A stretch of 64,000 nucleotides of DNA from a virus. The notes beneath the pieces are model-generated. The model made no database searches, was not told the origin of the DNA, and saw only the letters and a program-made list of their open reading frames with translations. Every line of letters begins with the position of its first letter. Within the stretch, counting starts at the first letter, position 1. Where the stretch lies: IMG/VR virus record IMGVR_UViG_3300020578_000011; one strand, 5' to 3'. This document shows, piece by piece, positions 1 to 10,940 of this stretch. A program made the translations under genes and the position numbers.

Positions 1-737
1 ATTGGCATTCTGGTGTCACAGATCCAACCGCTAAACAAACATGGGAAGAAGTTTCAAAAGAAATGAAACCCAAAAGAATAATTCTTCATGATGCTTTTGA
101 TGGATTATCTATAAACCACCATGAAGAAAAAAACCACATATTAAGAGCTAAAAGATCAAAACTTGATCAACTTTCATTAGAAAATGAACTAAAAAAATTC
201 TCACAGGATTTACTATATCTTTCAGAAATGTGTGATGAGCTCGTGATTGTCAAATCTAATCACGATTTGTTTTTAGCAAGATATCTGTCTGAGGGCAAGT
301 ACGTAAAAGATCCCTTGAATCATAGAATATCTCTAGTTTTAGCATTAAAAATGCTAGATGGAGAAGACCCCCTAAAGGCAGCCGTTGAAATGAATATAGA
401 TAACGATACTAAAAAATTATCCAAAATTAAATTTCTAAAAACAGAAGAAGATTATAAAATAGAAGGCATACAATGCGGAGCACATGGTCACCAGGGGCCA
501 AATGGATCTAGAGGAAATGTTGCAAACATGGAAATAGCATATGGAAATTCCGTAACTGGACATTCCCATTCTCCAGAAATATTGAGAGGAGCGTGGCAAG
601 TTGGTACTTCTTCTTACTTAAAACTAGAATATAACTCAGGTGGAGCTTCATCCTGGCTTCATTCTTCCTGTTTGATATGGCCAGGAGGTACAAGACAATT
701 GATAAATTCAATTAATGGAAAATGGCGCATTAAATAA
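1..737 (+). CDS. Metallophosphoesterase-fold protein, T5 A1-like (5' truncated)
   Basis: Frame is open from the window edge (WHSG...). Motifs LHD, SNHD, HGHQGPNGSRG, GHSHSP and VGTSS. Confidence 0.65.
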   Translation, partial: WHSGVTDPTAKQTWEEVSKEMKPKRIILHDAFDGLSINHHEEKNHILRAKRSKLDQLSLENELKKFSQDLLYLSEMCDELVIVKSNHDLFLARYLSEGKYVKDPLNHRISLVLALKMLDGEDPLKAAVEMNIDNDTKKLSKIKFLKTEEDYKIEGIQCGAHGHQGPNGSRGNVANMEIAYGNSVTGHSHSPEILRGAWQVGTSSYLKLEYNSGGASSWLHSSCLIWPGGTRQLINSINGKWRIK

Positions 738-750
738 AAAAGGAAGATTT

Positions 751-3700
751 ATGCGAAATCTTCTGTTTCTAGATACAGAAACAACAGGTCTCGACTCCAG
801 ACGTCACGATATAATTCAATTAGCATGTATTCCAATAATAAACGGCTCTAGGCAGCCTTATTTTAATGAATATGCAAAACCTAATGATTTTTCTGTGATT
901 GAACAGGAAGCAATTTCTGTTCATGGAATAGATATTGAAAGAATGAAGACCTTTCAAGATCAGAGAAAGATGCTAGATAAGTTTATATCTTATATTAAGT
1001 CGTTTAATATTAAATTTACAATAGCGGGATATAATGTTGGTTTTGATAAGGGTTTTATTAGTGCTCTTTTTGCAAAACACAATATGTCATCTTTGTATCA
1101 CGAGCTGTTTACGCCGGATACTCACGATGTGTATCGTAGAATAAAAGCAATCAAAGAAAAAAACAACATAGGATCACTTAAACTTTCTAAAGCGTGTGAG
1201 ATGTTTGGAATAGAAATCAATGCCCATGATGCTCTTTCGGATATATCTGCAACAATAGATTTAGATATTATAGTTTCAAATTTATTACAAGACAATATTG
1301 AACATAAAGAACACATAGACATAGTTGATCATGTTTTTGAAGACTGTGCACATATTCATCTACATTCTGAATATAGTAATATAGATTCTATAATCTCAAT
1401 AGAAGACTGGGCAAGATGGGCTTTAAAAAATAAAGTAAAATACATTTCTTTTCCAGATCACGGATGGGCAGTTTCTTTATTTAAATCATTAAATACTACT
1501 TCTATAGTGGAAAAAATAAATAAAGAAGATAGTTCTAATTACGATGTACAATTATTGACAATAGTTCCTGCAATCAGCATAAATGCTAAATTTGAAAATT
1601 CAGATTTCTTTTTTAGACTAAATGCATGGGCAGTTTCTGATAAGGGTTACAAAAATCTTATCAAACTATCATCGCTTGGGTGGGATAACAAAACAATAGA
1701 TGGCGATAATTATATTCCAGTTGTAAAAATTGAACAAATTAAAAAATATTTAGAAGGAGTTTTAATTGGGACAGCTTGCGAAAAAGGAGCACTTTCTAGC
1801 GTTATACATGGCAGTAGTACTGATGAAGTTGAGAGTACTTTATTGAAATTATATGAAATTTTTGGCAAATCACTAATAATAGAATTTTTACCAATTGACA
1901 TATATAAAACATATGATCCTAAAATTGGTTTTAGAAGTAATAAAAACACAGATCTGATTCCAGATGGCAACCATGGAAAATTCATCAATAATGTTTTATT
2001 TAATTTTGTAAACAAATATAATGTAAATTATATAGTTTCAACTGCTGCTCACTTTATAGACAAAGAAGACAAAATACTGCAAGACATTGTGTCGCGATCT
2101 TCGTTTAAAGATGGTCGTTATTTCTACGAATCTAGACATCAAAAAAACTATTCTGAATGTTTTTCTATTTTAAATAGACATATTGGCGATAACTTTACTG
2201 TTGATTTTATGAAAAAAGCTATACAAAATGCAGAAAAAATAGGTGAACTTTCTAGTTCTATAAATATAAAACATGAATACCATCTGCCCAAAATCGACAT
2301 TTCTGATTCTATAAAGAAAAAAACAAATGACTACAATCAGCAACTTTATTATTTATTAATGGCAAAAATAAAAGAACATAATAGATGGATAGACGATCCC
2401 GTTTATATTGCCAGATTTAAAAAAGAATTAGATGTAATATGGAAAAATGAAAAATTAAATTTTATACCATATTTCTTATTATATGAAGACATTGGAAGCT
2501 ATGCAAGGTCCAACGGGATAATTCAAAACATAGGAAGAGGATCTGCTGGTGGTTGTTTGATTTCTTATTATCTAAAAATAATTCATGTAGACCCGATAAA
2601 GGAAGATATTCCATTTGAACGTTTCTTAAGCCATGCAAGAATAAGGGCAGGAAGTTTTCCTGATATAGATGCAGATTTTGGAGCAAGAGCGCCTATTTTG
2701 AAATATTTAAAAGAAAAATATAAACTTGGTTTTGCTCAAATAGGAACTATTCAAAAATTTAAAACAAAATATGCAATAAAAGAAACAATGTTTGCCATAT
2801 ATGGTAGAAATCGCAATGATTTTGAAATTTTAGATATATGTAAATCCATACCAGACTCCCCGCAAGGGATAGATGAGTCTGATTTTTTATATGGCTACAC
2901 CGATTCAGAGGGCGAATATCACACAGGCCACTTGCAGCAAAACAATCAACTTCAGGCGTTTTTTAAACAATATCCAGAAGCAGAAAAAACAGTAAGTAGA
3001 TTAATTGGCTTGCCAAAAGAAATAGGACGACACGCTTCTGCCTTTGTTATTTCGACATTGGATCTTTCTCATGAAAGAGTCCCTACTTTACAAATGGAAG
3101 ACGATGAACTAGGTCAAGTAACTGTTACTCAATTTGATGCTCTTATGATAGAAAAATTAGGTTTGGTTAAAGCAGATATATTACGAGTAACTACTATTAA
3201 TACAATTAAAGAATGTGTGGATTTAATTAAAGAAAGAACAAATAAAGATTTACTTGAAGAAGACGACAAAGGCGTGCAAGAAATATATAGATTACCAGAA
3301 GATCGAACAGTGTTTAAGGATTTCTATGATAGAAAAACAGATTCATCGTTTCAATTTAACACAGATCTTATTAAAGGATATGTAAAAGAATTTGCACCAG
3401 AATCTATAAAAGACCTAAGCAATCTAACCGCTCTTTGCCGTCCTGGTGCATTAGATGCTGCTTTTTTAGACACAACTGCAACTCAATATTATATTGATGT
3501 TAGAAATGGAAGAAGATCGTTAGAATATGTTCATCCAGATTTAGAATTAATTTTAAAAAAAACAAATGGTGTTTTCGTATATCAAGAAGATGTTATGCGC
3601 TTTCTAGTTGAATTTGTAGGTTATTCTTTAGAAAAATCTGATCAAATTCGTTCTGCTATTGCAAAGAAAAAACGCGACGTTATAATGAAAACATTTGAAG

Positions 3701-4734
3701 ATGTTAGATCAGCATTAAAACCTAAAAACTGGACAGATCAACAAATTGAAACAATAAATCAACAAATTTTAGCTTTTAGCTCATATTCTTTTAACCTATC
3801 TCATAGTTTTTGTTATGGCAAATTAGGCTATATTAGTATGTATTTAAAACATTACTACCCATTAGAATGGTGGTCCAGTGAGTTAAATAATTCAGGAGAG
3901 CAAAAAATTAGACACTATGTAACTGTTTTAGGAAATATGATAACAGCTCCAACCCTCGCTGTTCCTTCTGATAGGTTTATAATAATGGAAGATAAAATAG
4001 CAGCCCCCTTATCTGTAGTCAAGGGAGTCGGAGCATCTGCCATTAAAGAATTAACTGCAAAAGGACCATTTAAAAACATAGATGATTATATTGAAAGAGT
4101 GGATCATTCAAAAGCAAATGCTGGTGTTTTTTTAGCATTAATTGCCGCTCGAGCTGTTGATTGTTTTATGGATAAGGATTTAGATTATATTTTGGCAAGA
4201 AAAAAAATAGTTGAATATTATTTTAAAAAAAGAAAAACAAAAAAAGTAATAGAAAATCCAAAAACAATGCTAGAGGTGTTTTTAGAAGAAAGAGAAATAA
4301 ATAAATGTTTTAATAAAACAATTTTATCAATTCCAGAAATTCAATCAATCGCATATAAAAACTGGCCCGCATTATCTTCAACTAATAGCAAGGCAATTCC
4401 AATGAGAATGGGTGATGTTATTGTTCTTGGTAATGTAAAAATTGCAAAGGGATTGTTGCAAAAACAAGATATTTCAGAAATAGGTTTTATTGGTTTGTAT
4501 GAAGGATCTGAATCTAAATCTGGTATTTCTAAAAAATCAGGAAGACCGTGGTCAAATGTTGTTGTAAAAATATCTGACGGCCTTTCTTCAATAGATTGCG
4601 TTTGGTGGGATAAGAATAAACCATTAAAATATAAAATAAATTCAATTGTATATATAAGAGGCAGACTTAAAACAGATTGGAAAGGAAACCCATCAATTGA
4701 AATAATGGATATAGAAAAGGTTGCAGAAATGTGA
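751..4734 (+). CDS. dnaE: DNA polymerase III alpha subunit with N-terminal DEDDh 3'-5' exonuclease fusion
   Basis: Exo motifs DTETTG, GYNVGFD, HDALSD. PHP motifs HLHSEYS and PDHG. Polymerase motifs GRGSAGG, FERFL, PDIDADF, GRHAS, KADIL, YQED, FNLSH. C-terminal OB fold. SD AAGGA precedes ATG 751. Confidence 0.95.
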   Translation: MRNLLFLDTETTGLDSRRHDIIQLACIPIINGSRQPYFNEYAKPNDFSVIEQEAISVHGIDIERMKTFQDQRKMLDKFISYIKSFNIKFTIAGYNVGFDKGFISALFAKHNMSSLYHELFTPDTHDVYRRIKAIKEKNNIGSLKLSKACEMFGIEINAHDALSDISATIDLDIIVSNLLQDNIEHKEHIDIVDHVFEDCAHIHLHSEYSNIDSIISIEDWARWALKNKVKYISFPDHGWAVSLFKSLNTTSIVEKINKEDSSNYDVQLLTIVPAISINAKFENSDFFFRLNAWAVSDKGYKNLIKLSSLGWDNKTIDGDNYIPVVKIEQIKKYLEGVLIGTACEKGALSSVIHGSSTDEVESTLLKLYEIFGKSLIIEFLPIDIYKTYDPKIGFRSNKNTDLIPDGNHGKFINNVLFNFVNKYNVNYIVSTAAHFIDKEDKILQDIVSRSSFKDGRYFYESRHQKNYSECFSILNRHIGDNFTVDFMKKAIQNAEKIGELSSSINIKHEYHLPKIDISDSIKKKTNDYNQQLYYLLMAKIKEHNRWIDDPVYIARFKKELDVIWKNEKLNFIPYFLLYEDIGSYARSNGIIQNIGRGSAGGCLISYYLKIIHVDPIKEDIPFERFLSHARIRAGSFPDIDADFGARAPILKYLKEKYKLGFAQIGTIQKFKTKYAIKETMFAIYGRNRNDFEILDICKSIPDSPQGIDESDFLYGYTDSEGEYHTGHLQQNNQLQAFFKQYPEAEKTVSRLIGLPKEIGRHASAFVISTLDLSHERVPTLQMEDDELGQVTVTQFDALMIEKLGLVKADILRVTTINTIKECVDLIKERTNKDLLEEDDKGVQEIYRLPEDRTVFKDFYDRKTDSSFQFNTDLIKGYVKEFAPESIKDLSNLTALCRPGALDAAFLDTTATQYYIDVRNGRRSLEYVHPDLELILKKTNGVFVYQEDVMRFLVEFVGYSLEKSDQIRSAIAKKKRDVIMKTFEDVRSALKPKNWTDQQIETINQQILAFSSYSFNLSHSFCYGKLGYISMYLKHYYPLEWWSSELNNSGEQKIRHYVTVLGNMITAPTLAVPSDRFIIMEDKIAAPLSVVKGVGASAIKELTAKGPFKNIDDYIERVDHSKANAGVFLALIAARAVDCFMDKDLDYILARKKIVEYYFKKRKTKKVIENPKTMLEVFLEEREINKCFNKTILSIPEIQSIAYKNWPALSSTNSKAIPMRMGDVIVLGNVKIAKGLLQKQDISEIGFIGLYEGSESKSGISKKSGRPWSNVVVKISDGLSSIDCVWWDKNKPLKYKINSIVYIRGRLKTDWKGNPSIEIMDIEKVAEM

Positions 4735-4841
4735 AGAATAAAAAATTTTACTATGCATTTTTTAAACTTTTGTATAAGATTAATATGATAAATTCAAAGA
4801 TCCTGTCAAGGATATATTCTAATTATTTGGAGGATGGTTTA

Positions 4842-5408
4842 ATGGATAGTGTTTTTATTAAAGTTGAAAAAAAGCCAGATTTTGTTTCTGATAAAGAATT
4901 AGTTATTACAAATCTAAATTTTCTAGATGAAGTAAAAAAATGCAAAACCCCTAAGCCTGCTACTGATATTTTAGGTATTAATTATATTAGAAATGTAGCA
5001 GAAGAAATAGCTAAAAAATACGATAATACATTCAATGCATATCGTAATATAGTTCCTTCTGAACATGTCGGGGTTCGATGTGAAACAGAAGAACAACTTG
5101 CTGTTGTAATTCAAAAAATGTTTCTTTCAACATATCCACAAATTTTAGATAAATATGTAGAACATCAATTAAGAAAAAGACCTATTTCTACAAGAGTTGT
5201 GTATGCAGTTGGCCATTTTAATAATTATGATGTTTTTCTTAAATTAGGTATTTCAGAAATATCTGAAAAAGAATTAGATGCGTATATAGGGGATGCAAGG
5301 GCAGAAGCCGTGGAGACTATTGTTGAAAATGTAGAATTAAAAGAAACTGAATTAGAAAAAGAAGATAAATCAAATACATTTTCAAATTTTTTTAAACTTA
5401 AAAAATAA
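4842..5408 (+). CDS. Hypothetical protein
   Basis: ORF from 4731; GGAGG SD favours ATG 4842. Confidence 0.75.
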   Translation: MDSVFIKVEKKPDFVSDKELVITNLNFLDEVKKCKTPKPATDILGINYIRNVAEEIAKKYDNTFNAYRNIVPSEHVGVRCETEEQLAVVIQKMFLSTYPQILDKYVEHQLRKRPISTRVVYAVGHFNNYDVFLKLGISEISEKELDAYIGDARAEAVETIVENVELKETELEKEDKSNTFSNFFKLKK

Positions 5409-5447
5409 TTTATATAACAATCGCTTAAATAGGCACAGGAGGAAAAT

Positions 5448-6632
5448 ATGGCTAAGATTAGTTTAAATATGAATTCTCTTAAAGAGAAGAAAGAATGGAA
5501 ACGACACGCTGTCAATAGTGGAGATAATGTTTATAGAATACTTCCACCATTTGGCAATTCAGCAGATGGGTATCCATATCGTCGGTGGGTGCTTGTGTGG
5601 CTGACCGATCCTCAAACAGGTAGATTAAGACCATTTTCTTCTCCCTTTTCTTTTAATCAAAAACAATGTCCAGTTTATGATTATGTTAATCAATTAGAAA
5701 ATTTATTTAAAAAAGAAGAAGCCAGAATGGTGTCTTCTGGTGAATATTCTAAAGAAGAAATTAGAGAGTATCTTAAACCTATTTCTGAAATTCTTTGGAA
5801 AATAAAACCAAAAACAACATATCTTTACAATGCATGTAACAAATCTGGAGAGGTTGGTCTTTTAGAGCTAAAGAAAACAGCACACGATGCGATTAAAAAA
5901 CAAATGATGCAATATGTAACCGATTATGGCCAAGATCCGACATCGCTCAACTCAGATGCAGACGATTCTGGTGTTTGGTTTAAAATTACTAGAACAGGAG
6001 AAAAAACAGATACAGAATACTCTGTTACCAAGAATCAAATAAAGTATAGAGATCCTAATACAGGTAAGATTTCCTGGGCAGATGATCAAGAACCATTATC
6101 GGATAATGTTGTTGATAATTATGAAGACTTAGGATATGATCTTTCTACAGTCTATCGTCAAATATCATATGATGAACTAAAAGAAGTATTGTTAGCAAAC
6201 GTAGAGCCATTGATCAATGAATATCCAATTCTTAGAATAGAGGGTTTTGATGTTGTAAATAAAAATACTCGGAGTACGGCCAATGTGGTGGTTGATAAAG
6301 AACAAAAGGACGAAAGTCCGATACACAAGGGCTCTCTATATACGAGTGTACGGTCCGTTCGCGGGCAAGCACATGATGATGGAAATCACTCTGGAAAGAT
6401 TGAAAATCAAACCCAAAAACATGTACAGATTCACGGACCTGGAAATCCTCAACGACAGGCTTTACATACTAACGTATCATCCAAAAAACCTATGGTTAAG
6501 ATTCAAGAAGAAGATGAATCTGCTGATGAGGATGTTTATCTAAAGCCTTTAAAGACTACTCAAAAAAATAATACAAAATTATCTACTCAAGATGATGTAT
6601 TTGACTATGCAGACGCAATTTTAAACAGTTGA
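5448..6632 (+). CDS. Single-stranded DNA-binding protein (gp32-like)
   Basis: GDNVYRILPP, CPV, ITRTG..TEYSV, acidic/aromatic C-tail; lies upstream of UvsY/RecA-like genes. Confidence 0.75.
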   Translation: MAKISLNMNSLKEKKEWKRHAVNSGDNVYRILPPFGNSADGYPYRRWVLVWLTDPQTGRLRPFSSPFSFNQKQCPVYDYVNQLENLFKKEEARMVSSGEYSKEEIREYLKPISEILWKIKPKTTYLYNACNKSGEVGLLELKKTAHDAIKKQMMQYVTDYGQDPTSLNSDADDSGVWFKITRTGEKTDTEYSVTKNQIKYRDPNTGKISWADDQEPLSDNVVDNYEDLGYDLSTVYRQISYDELKEVLLANVEPLINEYPILRIEGFDVVNKNTRSTANVVVDKEQKDESPIHKGSLYTSVRSVRGQAHDDGNHSGKIENQTQKHVQIHGPGNPQRQALHTNVSSKKPMVKIQEEDESADEDVYLKPLKTTQKNNTKLSTQDDVFDYADAILNS

Positions 6633-6639
6633 GGATAAG

Positions 6640-7110
6640 ATGTCCATAGACATCGTTTCTATCGAGGGAGGCTTGGACTCCCTCGATTTGCAAAAAATAG
6701 CTTCTTATACTAGAAAATTAACAGATATTGGGTCTAGTTTTAATAAAATGCTAGCTCCAAATTATCTTCGTGATTTTATAATTGGATATGATATATCATC
6801 TGTAATGTTGGCAAAGGCAATAGAATACGAAATGAAAGCAAAAACCGCAGTTGAAACAGCAGAAGCTATTGCTTATTTAGATAGAGCTCCAGATTATTTT
6901 AAAACTAAAAATGAAAAACCAACCGTAGAATCCCGAAAAGCATACGTTTCATTAGATCCCGATGTTCAAAAAGCAAAAGAAATACACGCCAGAGCTGTTG
7001 CGATGTGTTCTTTATTAAAGAATAAAGTTCAAGAATTTAGACATGCAATAGACATAACAAGAGATATGTCAAAAGACGGCTACTCAACTCCATATGAGGG
7101 GATGCGATAA
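6640..7110 (+). CDS. UvsY-like recombination mediator
   Basis: Helical protein with 'KAYVSLDPDV'; lies between SSB and RecA. Confidence 0.5.
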   Translation: MSIDIVSIEGGLDSLDLQKIASYTRKLTDIGSSFNKMLAPNYLRDFIIGYDISSVMLAKAIEYEMKAKTAVETAEAIAYLDRAPDYFKTKNEKPTVESRKAYVSLDPDVQKAKEIHARAVAMCSLLKNKVQEFRHAIDITRDMSKDGYSTPYEGMR

Positions 7111-8216
7111 TGATAAATAAATGGATGAGCAAACTTACTAAAGATTTTGGAAAAATAGCATCTGATTTAAAAAAGAAAGAACCTCAAACAATCCCATCAT
7201 GGTCGCCTTCTCTTAATTGGGCAACAGGTATTGGAGGCTTTAGACCTGGTAAGATCAATATTTTATATGGACCAGAGAGTAGCGGTAAATCAATGTTGTC
7301 AATGATGGCACTGATTGAGTTGCAAAAAAGAGATCCAGAGGCAATTGCAATATGGTTTGATTCTGAATTTTCTTTTAATACTGATTTTTTTATAAGATTA
7401 GGCGGAGATGCAGATCGTTTAGTTGTTAGAAAAAGCAATGATCCATTAAATATATTTGACTATATTGGAGGAGAGCTCTTAGAACTTCTTCAAGATGGAG
7501 CTCCAGTAAAAGCAATTGTTATAGATTCCATTAGATCAATTAGATATCCAAAAGATATTAAAAAACAATCAACAGATATGATAATGGGAGGCACCGGAGC
7601 AAACTATCTACCATCTGCATTTAAAATGATTCTTCCTGTTATTAATGAACATGAGTTATTAACTTTTTGTATACAACAAGTTTCTATTCAAATAGATCCA
7701 ATGAAAGCATTGAGAAATCCATATGTGCTTCCAGATGGTCAGTCGCTTAAACATGCAGCAGATTTGATGTTGGAAGTTACAAAATTAGATACAAAAAATG
7801 GAGTAATAGAACAAGGTGAGACAATAGCAGGAGGAGCTGCACAACTTGGTCACAAGGTACGTGTGAAAGTTAGAAAAAACCGCATGGGTATGCCTGCTAG
7901 AGTTGCACAGTTTACTTTTCATTATCAAAAAGGAATAATGGACACGGGTGGTGAGATTTTTGATTTGGGAAAATCATTAGGAATAATTAAGCATCCTGTA
8001 AATCCAGAAACAGGAAAAGAAAATATGCAAATGTGGGTTTTTGAAAACGACCCACCTGTTAGAGGTGAACAAAATATCAGAAATCTTGTTATTAATAATA
8101 AATCTTTACAAGATAGAGTAATGAATTCATGTTATTCTTTAAAAGATTCAAAAGTTGAATTAGATGAATTTGGCTTTGCAAATGATGTTGATGAGGATTT
8201 AGAAAGCATAGAGTAA
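7110..8216 (+). CDS. recA: RecA/UvsX recombinase
   Basis: Walker A GPESSGKS, FDSE, Walker B IVIDSI, GQSLKH, KVRKNR. Confidence 0.92.
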   Translation: MINKWMSKLTKDFGKIASDLKKKEPQTIPSWSPSLNWATGIGGFRPGKINILYGPESSGKSMLSMMALIELQKRDPEAIAIWFDSEFSFNTDFFIRLGGDADRLVVRKSNDPLNIFDYIGGELLELLQDGAPVKAIVIDSIRSIRYPKDIKKQSTDMIMGGTGANYLPSAFKMILPVINEHELLTFCIQQVSIQIDPMKALRNPYVLPDGQSLKHAADLMLEVTKLDTKNGVIEQGETIAGGAAQLGHKVRVKVRKNRMGMPARVAQFTFHYQKGIMDTGGEIFDLGKSLGIIKHPVNPETGKENMQMWVFENDPPVRGEQNIRNLVINNKSLQDRVMNSCYSLKDSKVELDEFGFANDVDEDLESIE

Positions 8217-8217
8217 A

Positions 8218-8578
8218 ATGCAAAGTGATATTCCTATTAATGTAAAGTTAATGTATTTTTCATATCTATTATATAGAATGCATATTAATAGAGAAAGTTA
8301 TTTTAAATATTTTCAATCATACCAAGATGGGTTTTCTGGATGACGAAAAACTCTAAAGAAAACATAAGATCTTATATTCTCTGCATAAGGATGGTTAAAA
8401 TATTTATTAAATTAAAAATATATCAAAAAGAAACGGATTTATACAAATGGGCTCAACTTGTATACGATATGCCAAAAAAAATAACGCATATATAAATAAT
8501 AAAATAACTACTTATAATAATGAAACAACAGCTTTTTTACAATTTTTAGTTCTTCTTAATAGGATTAGAATTAGATGA
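8218..8578 (+). pseudogene. Probable frameshifted/decayed small gene
   Basis: ATG directly follows recA and a final TGA overlaps the next ATG, but the coding-like sequence is split over three frames. Confidence 0.4.
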
Positions 8579-9549
8579 CTAAAATACTTTTTATTGGAGA
8601 CATGCACTTAAGACATACTCATTTACAACTTAGTAAAAGTTTATTAAAATGGATAGAAAATATCTATATTGAAAAAAAACCAGATATTATTGTAAATTTA
8701 GGCGATACCTTTGATACTCATTCTATAATTCGTTCTGAGATTCTTTGTATTTTTGATGAGCATTTAAAAAAAATATCAAATCTAATGAAATCAAATGGAT
8801 CATATATTTGTCTGTTAGGAAATCATGATCAATATAAACCAAATTCATCTGAATTTCATGCTTTTAAACCTTTTTCATCAATAAAAAATATTTTAATAGC
8901 AGATTCTATTAAGGTTATAGAAAATATAACATATGTTCCCTATGTTCATTCTAGGGAACTGTGGCCACAAACAGATACGTCTATAGTTGTAACTCATAAT
9001 ACTTTTATAGGAGCTGACTATGGCTATAAAAAAGCAGATCATGGCATAGAGACAAAAGATATAAATGCCGACATCGTCATATCTGGACACGTTCATAAAA
9101 AACAAATACTAGATTCTATTATAAACTATGTAGGAACTCCATATGCCATGTCGGCATCGGATGCGGATCAATCAAAGGGATTGTCATTATTTAACACTGA
9201 AACTTTTGAATTTGAATTTATAAAATCACCATTTCCAATGTATAAAACAATAGAAATAAATACAGATGAAGAGATTCCAGATTTGGATGTTTTTAATCAT
9301 TGGATAATGACAATTAAAGGACCAAGGGCTGAGATTAAAAATATATTAGAATCTAAACATGTAAATGACCTTAGAAAAAAGTGTAGTTTAACTATAAAAA
9401 CAGAATCTATAGATAAAATAAAATCTGATAAAGTTTCTATTTTGTCAAAAGACATATCATCAATGTTAGATGAGTATCTTAATAAAGTTTATAAAGGATC
9501 TCAAAATAAAGATGAAATAAAAAAAATAATATTACAAAACACAAGGTGA
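8575..9549 (+). CDS. SbcD/Mre11 (gp47-like) recombination nuclease
   Basis: GDMH, LGDTFD, GNHD, THN, SGHVH, YVGTP. Confidence 0.88.
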   Translation: MTKILFIGDMHLRHTHLQLSKSLLKWIENIYIEKKPDIIVNLGDTFDTHSIIRSEILCIFDEHLKKISNLMKSNGSYICLLGNHDQYKPNSSEFHAFKPFSSIKNILIADSIKVIENITYVPYVHSRELWPQTDTSIVVTHNTFIGADYGYKKADHGIETKDINADIVISGHVHKKQILDSIINYVGTPYAMSASDADQSKGLSLFNTETFEFEFIKSPFPMYKTIEINTDEEIPDLDVFNHWIMTIKGPRAEIKNILESKHVNDLRKKCSLTIKTESIDKIKSDKVSILSKDISSMLDEYLNKVYKGSQNKDEIKKIILQNTR

Positions 9550-9552
9550 ATT

Positions 9553-9984
9553 ATGAATGAAGAAAAAATAACTGAAATAATGGATCATATTCGTTGGACT
9601 TTGAATAATGGAATAGTTACTGATATTGTTAAAAATAATTTATATATGTATGGATCTTTGGCACACAAGGATGTGAAGGCATTAGAAGTAGCTATTGATC
9701 CGTCTACTAAAATAGTAGACTATGTAATCTATGGACCCGAGTCAATGTTAGATACTGTAACTAGGTATTATAGTATGAGGGATAAAACAGGACTTTTTAA
9801 TCTATGGAGATTAAGAAGATTGTTAAAAAAACAAGGCAATTTAGATATAGATAGGATATTAAATGGATTCGTTAAAGATCTCTGTGGTCCTGGATGGAGG
9901 GCTACATACAAGCTAAAAAATATTAGCGAGTATGTAGAAAACACAGATGAAACAGAAACACATGGAGATCAGATTAAAAATTGA
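9553..9984 (+). CDS. Hypothetical protein
   Basis: ORF with SD in a coupled operon. Confidence 0.8.
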   Translation: MNEEKITEIMDHIRWTLNNGIVTDIVKNNLYMYGSLAHKDVKALEVAIDPSTKIVDYVIYGPESMLDTVTRYYSMRDKTGLFNLWRLRRLLKKQGNLDIDRILNGFVKDLCGPGWRATYKLKNISEYVENTDETETHGDQIKN

Positions 9985-10366
9985 AAACGTCACAGATGAT
10001 TTAGATATTAGACAAAGTATCTGGTTAGAGTATTTAGAAACAGACTCTGAAGATATTGATTCTATATGTAATAAATTGATAATTCAAAAAAAAATAGCTG
10101 AACAAATAGAAACTAATATAATAAAATTAACTAAATCAAAGTCTTCAGATGATTTTTTAAACATATTAAATAGTTTTACAGAATTTGAACAAGATATTAT
10201 ATCTTTAATAGTAGTGGGTATTCCAATAAACTCAATTGCGAAGTATAAAATGATAAAACCAATGAGGATAATACAGATTATTTCCTGTATTTCTTCAAAC
10301 CCTGTTTGGAGAGAATACTTTGCAGAAAAAGAACTTAACACCAAGAGAAAAATACGGTTTAAGTAA
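9947..10366 (+). CDS. Small ECF-sigma-like/HTH protein
   Basis: 'DIRQSIWLEYLE' resembles region 2.2; 'LNSFTEFEQDIISLIVVGIPINSIA' resembles region 4. The start may be TTG ~9981. Confidence 0.45.
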   Translation: MKQKHMEIRLKIENVTDDLDIRQSIWLEYLETDSEDIDSICNKLIIQKKIAEQIETNIIKLTKSKSSDDFLNILNSFTEFEQDIISLIVVGIPINSIAKYKMIKPMRIIQIISCISSNPVWREYFAEKELNTKRKIRFK

Positions 10367-10940
10367 TGATCAGGTTATTGAGGCCGAAAAGTATCTTAAA
10401 AAACACAAGACTGCTGGAATTCTCAGTAAACACGATGCAATGCCAATGTATGAGCTTTATATATTGGGATATACTTTTGAAGATATATCAAAAAGATACC
10501 CATCTATCCCATATGGGAAGATACTGTTAACCGCAGCTTTGAGTGGATGGTCTAAGGATAGGGAGGTTGTCGCAGCCTCTCTTTACGATCGTATTAAAAC
10601 TAGAATAGTAAGATCGACAGTTGAACAAGTTGAGTTCCTAACAGACATGATATCTGTTTCAAATGTAGAAACCTCTGAAGAAGTTAGAAAGTATCTTAAT
10701 GATCCGGTTGGAAATCCTCCACCCTCTTTTAGAATTAAAACTATAAAAGATTATCAACAAGTAATAGACATGTTGGCCCAGGTAGCTGAATCTGTTAGGG
10801 GAATGGCAAATCCATCAAACGTAAGCAACGATAACAAACAAATACCACAAAATGAAATAAAAAAAATAAGTAAGAAATCAAAATCTTCAAGTGAAGAAGC
10901 TGTAATATTAGCTGAGTTAGTAGGTGATACAAGTGAGTAA
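10320..10940 (+). CDS. Putative terminase small subunit
   Basis: N-terminal HTH (YILGYTFEDISKRY...GW), helical body, immediately upstream of TerL. Confidence 0.55.
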   Translation: MQKKNLTPREKYGLSNDQVIEAEKYLKKHKTAGILSKHDAMPMYELYILGYTFEDISKRYPSIPYGKILLTAALSGWSKDREVVAASLYDRIKTRIVRSTVEQVEFLTDMISVSNVETSEEVRKYLNDPVGNPPPSFRIKTIKDYQQVIDMLAQVAESVRGMANPSNVSNDNKQIPQNEIKKISKKSKSSSEEAVILAELVGDTSE

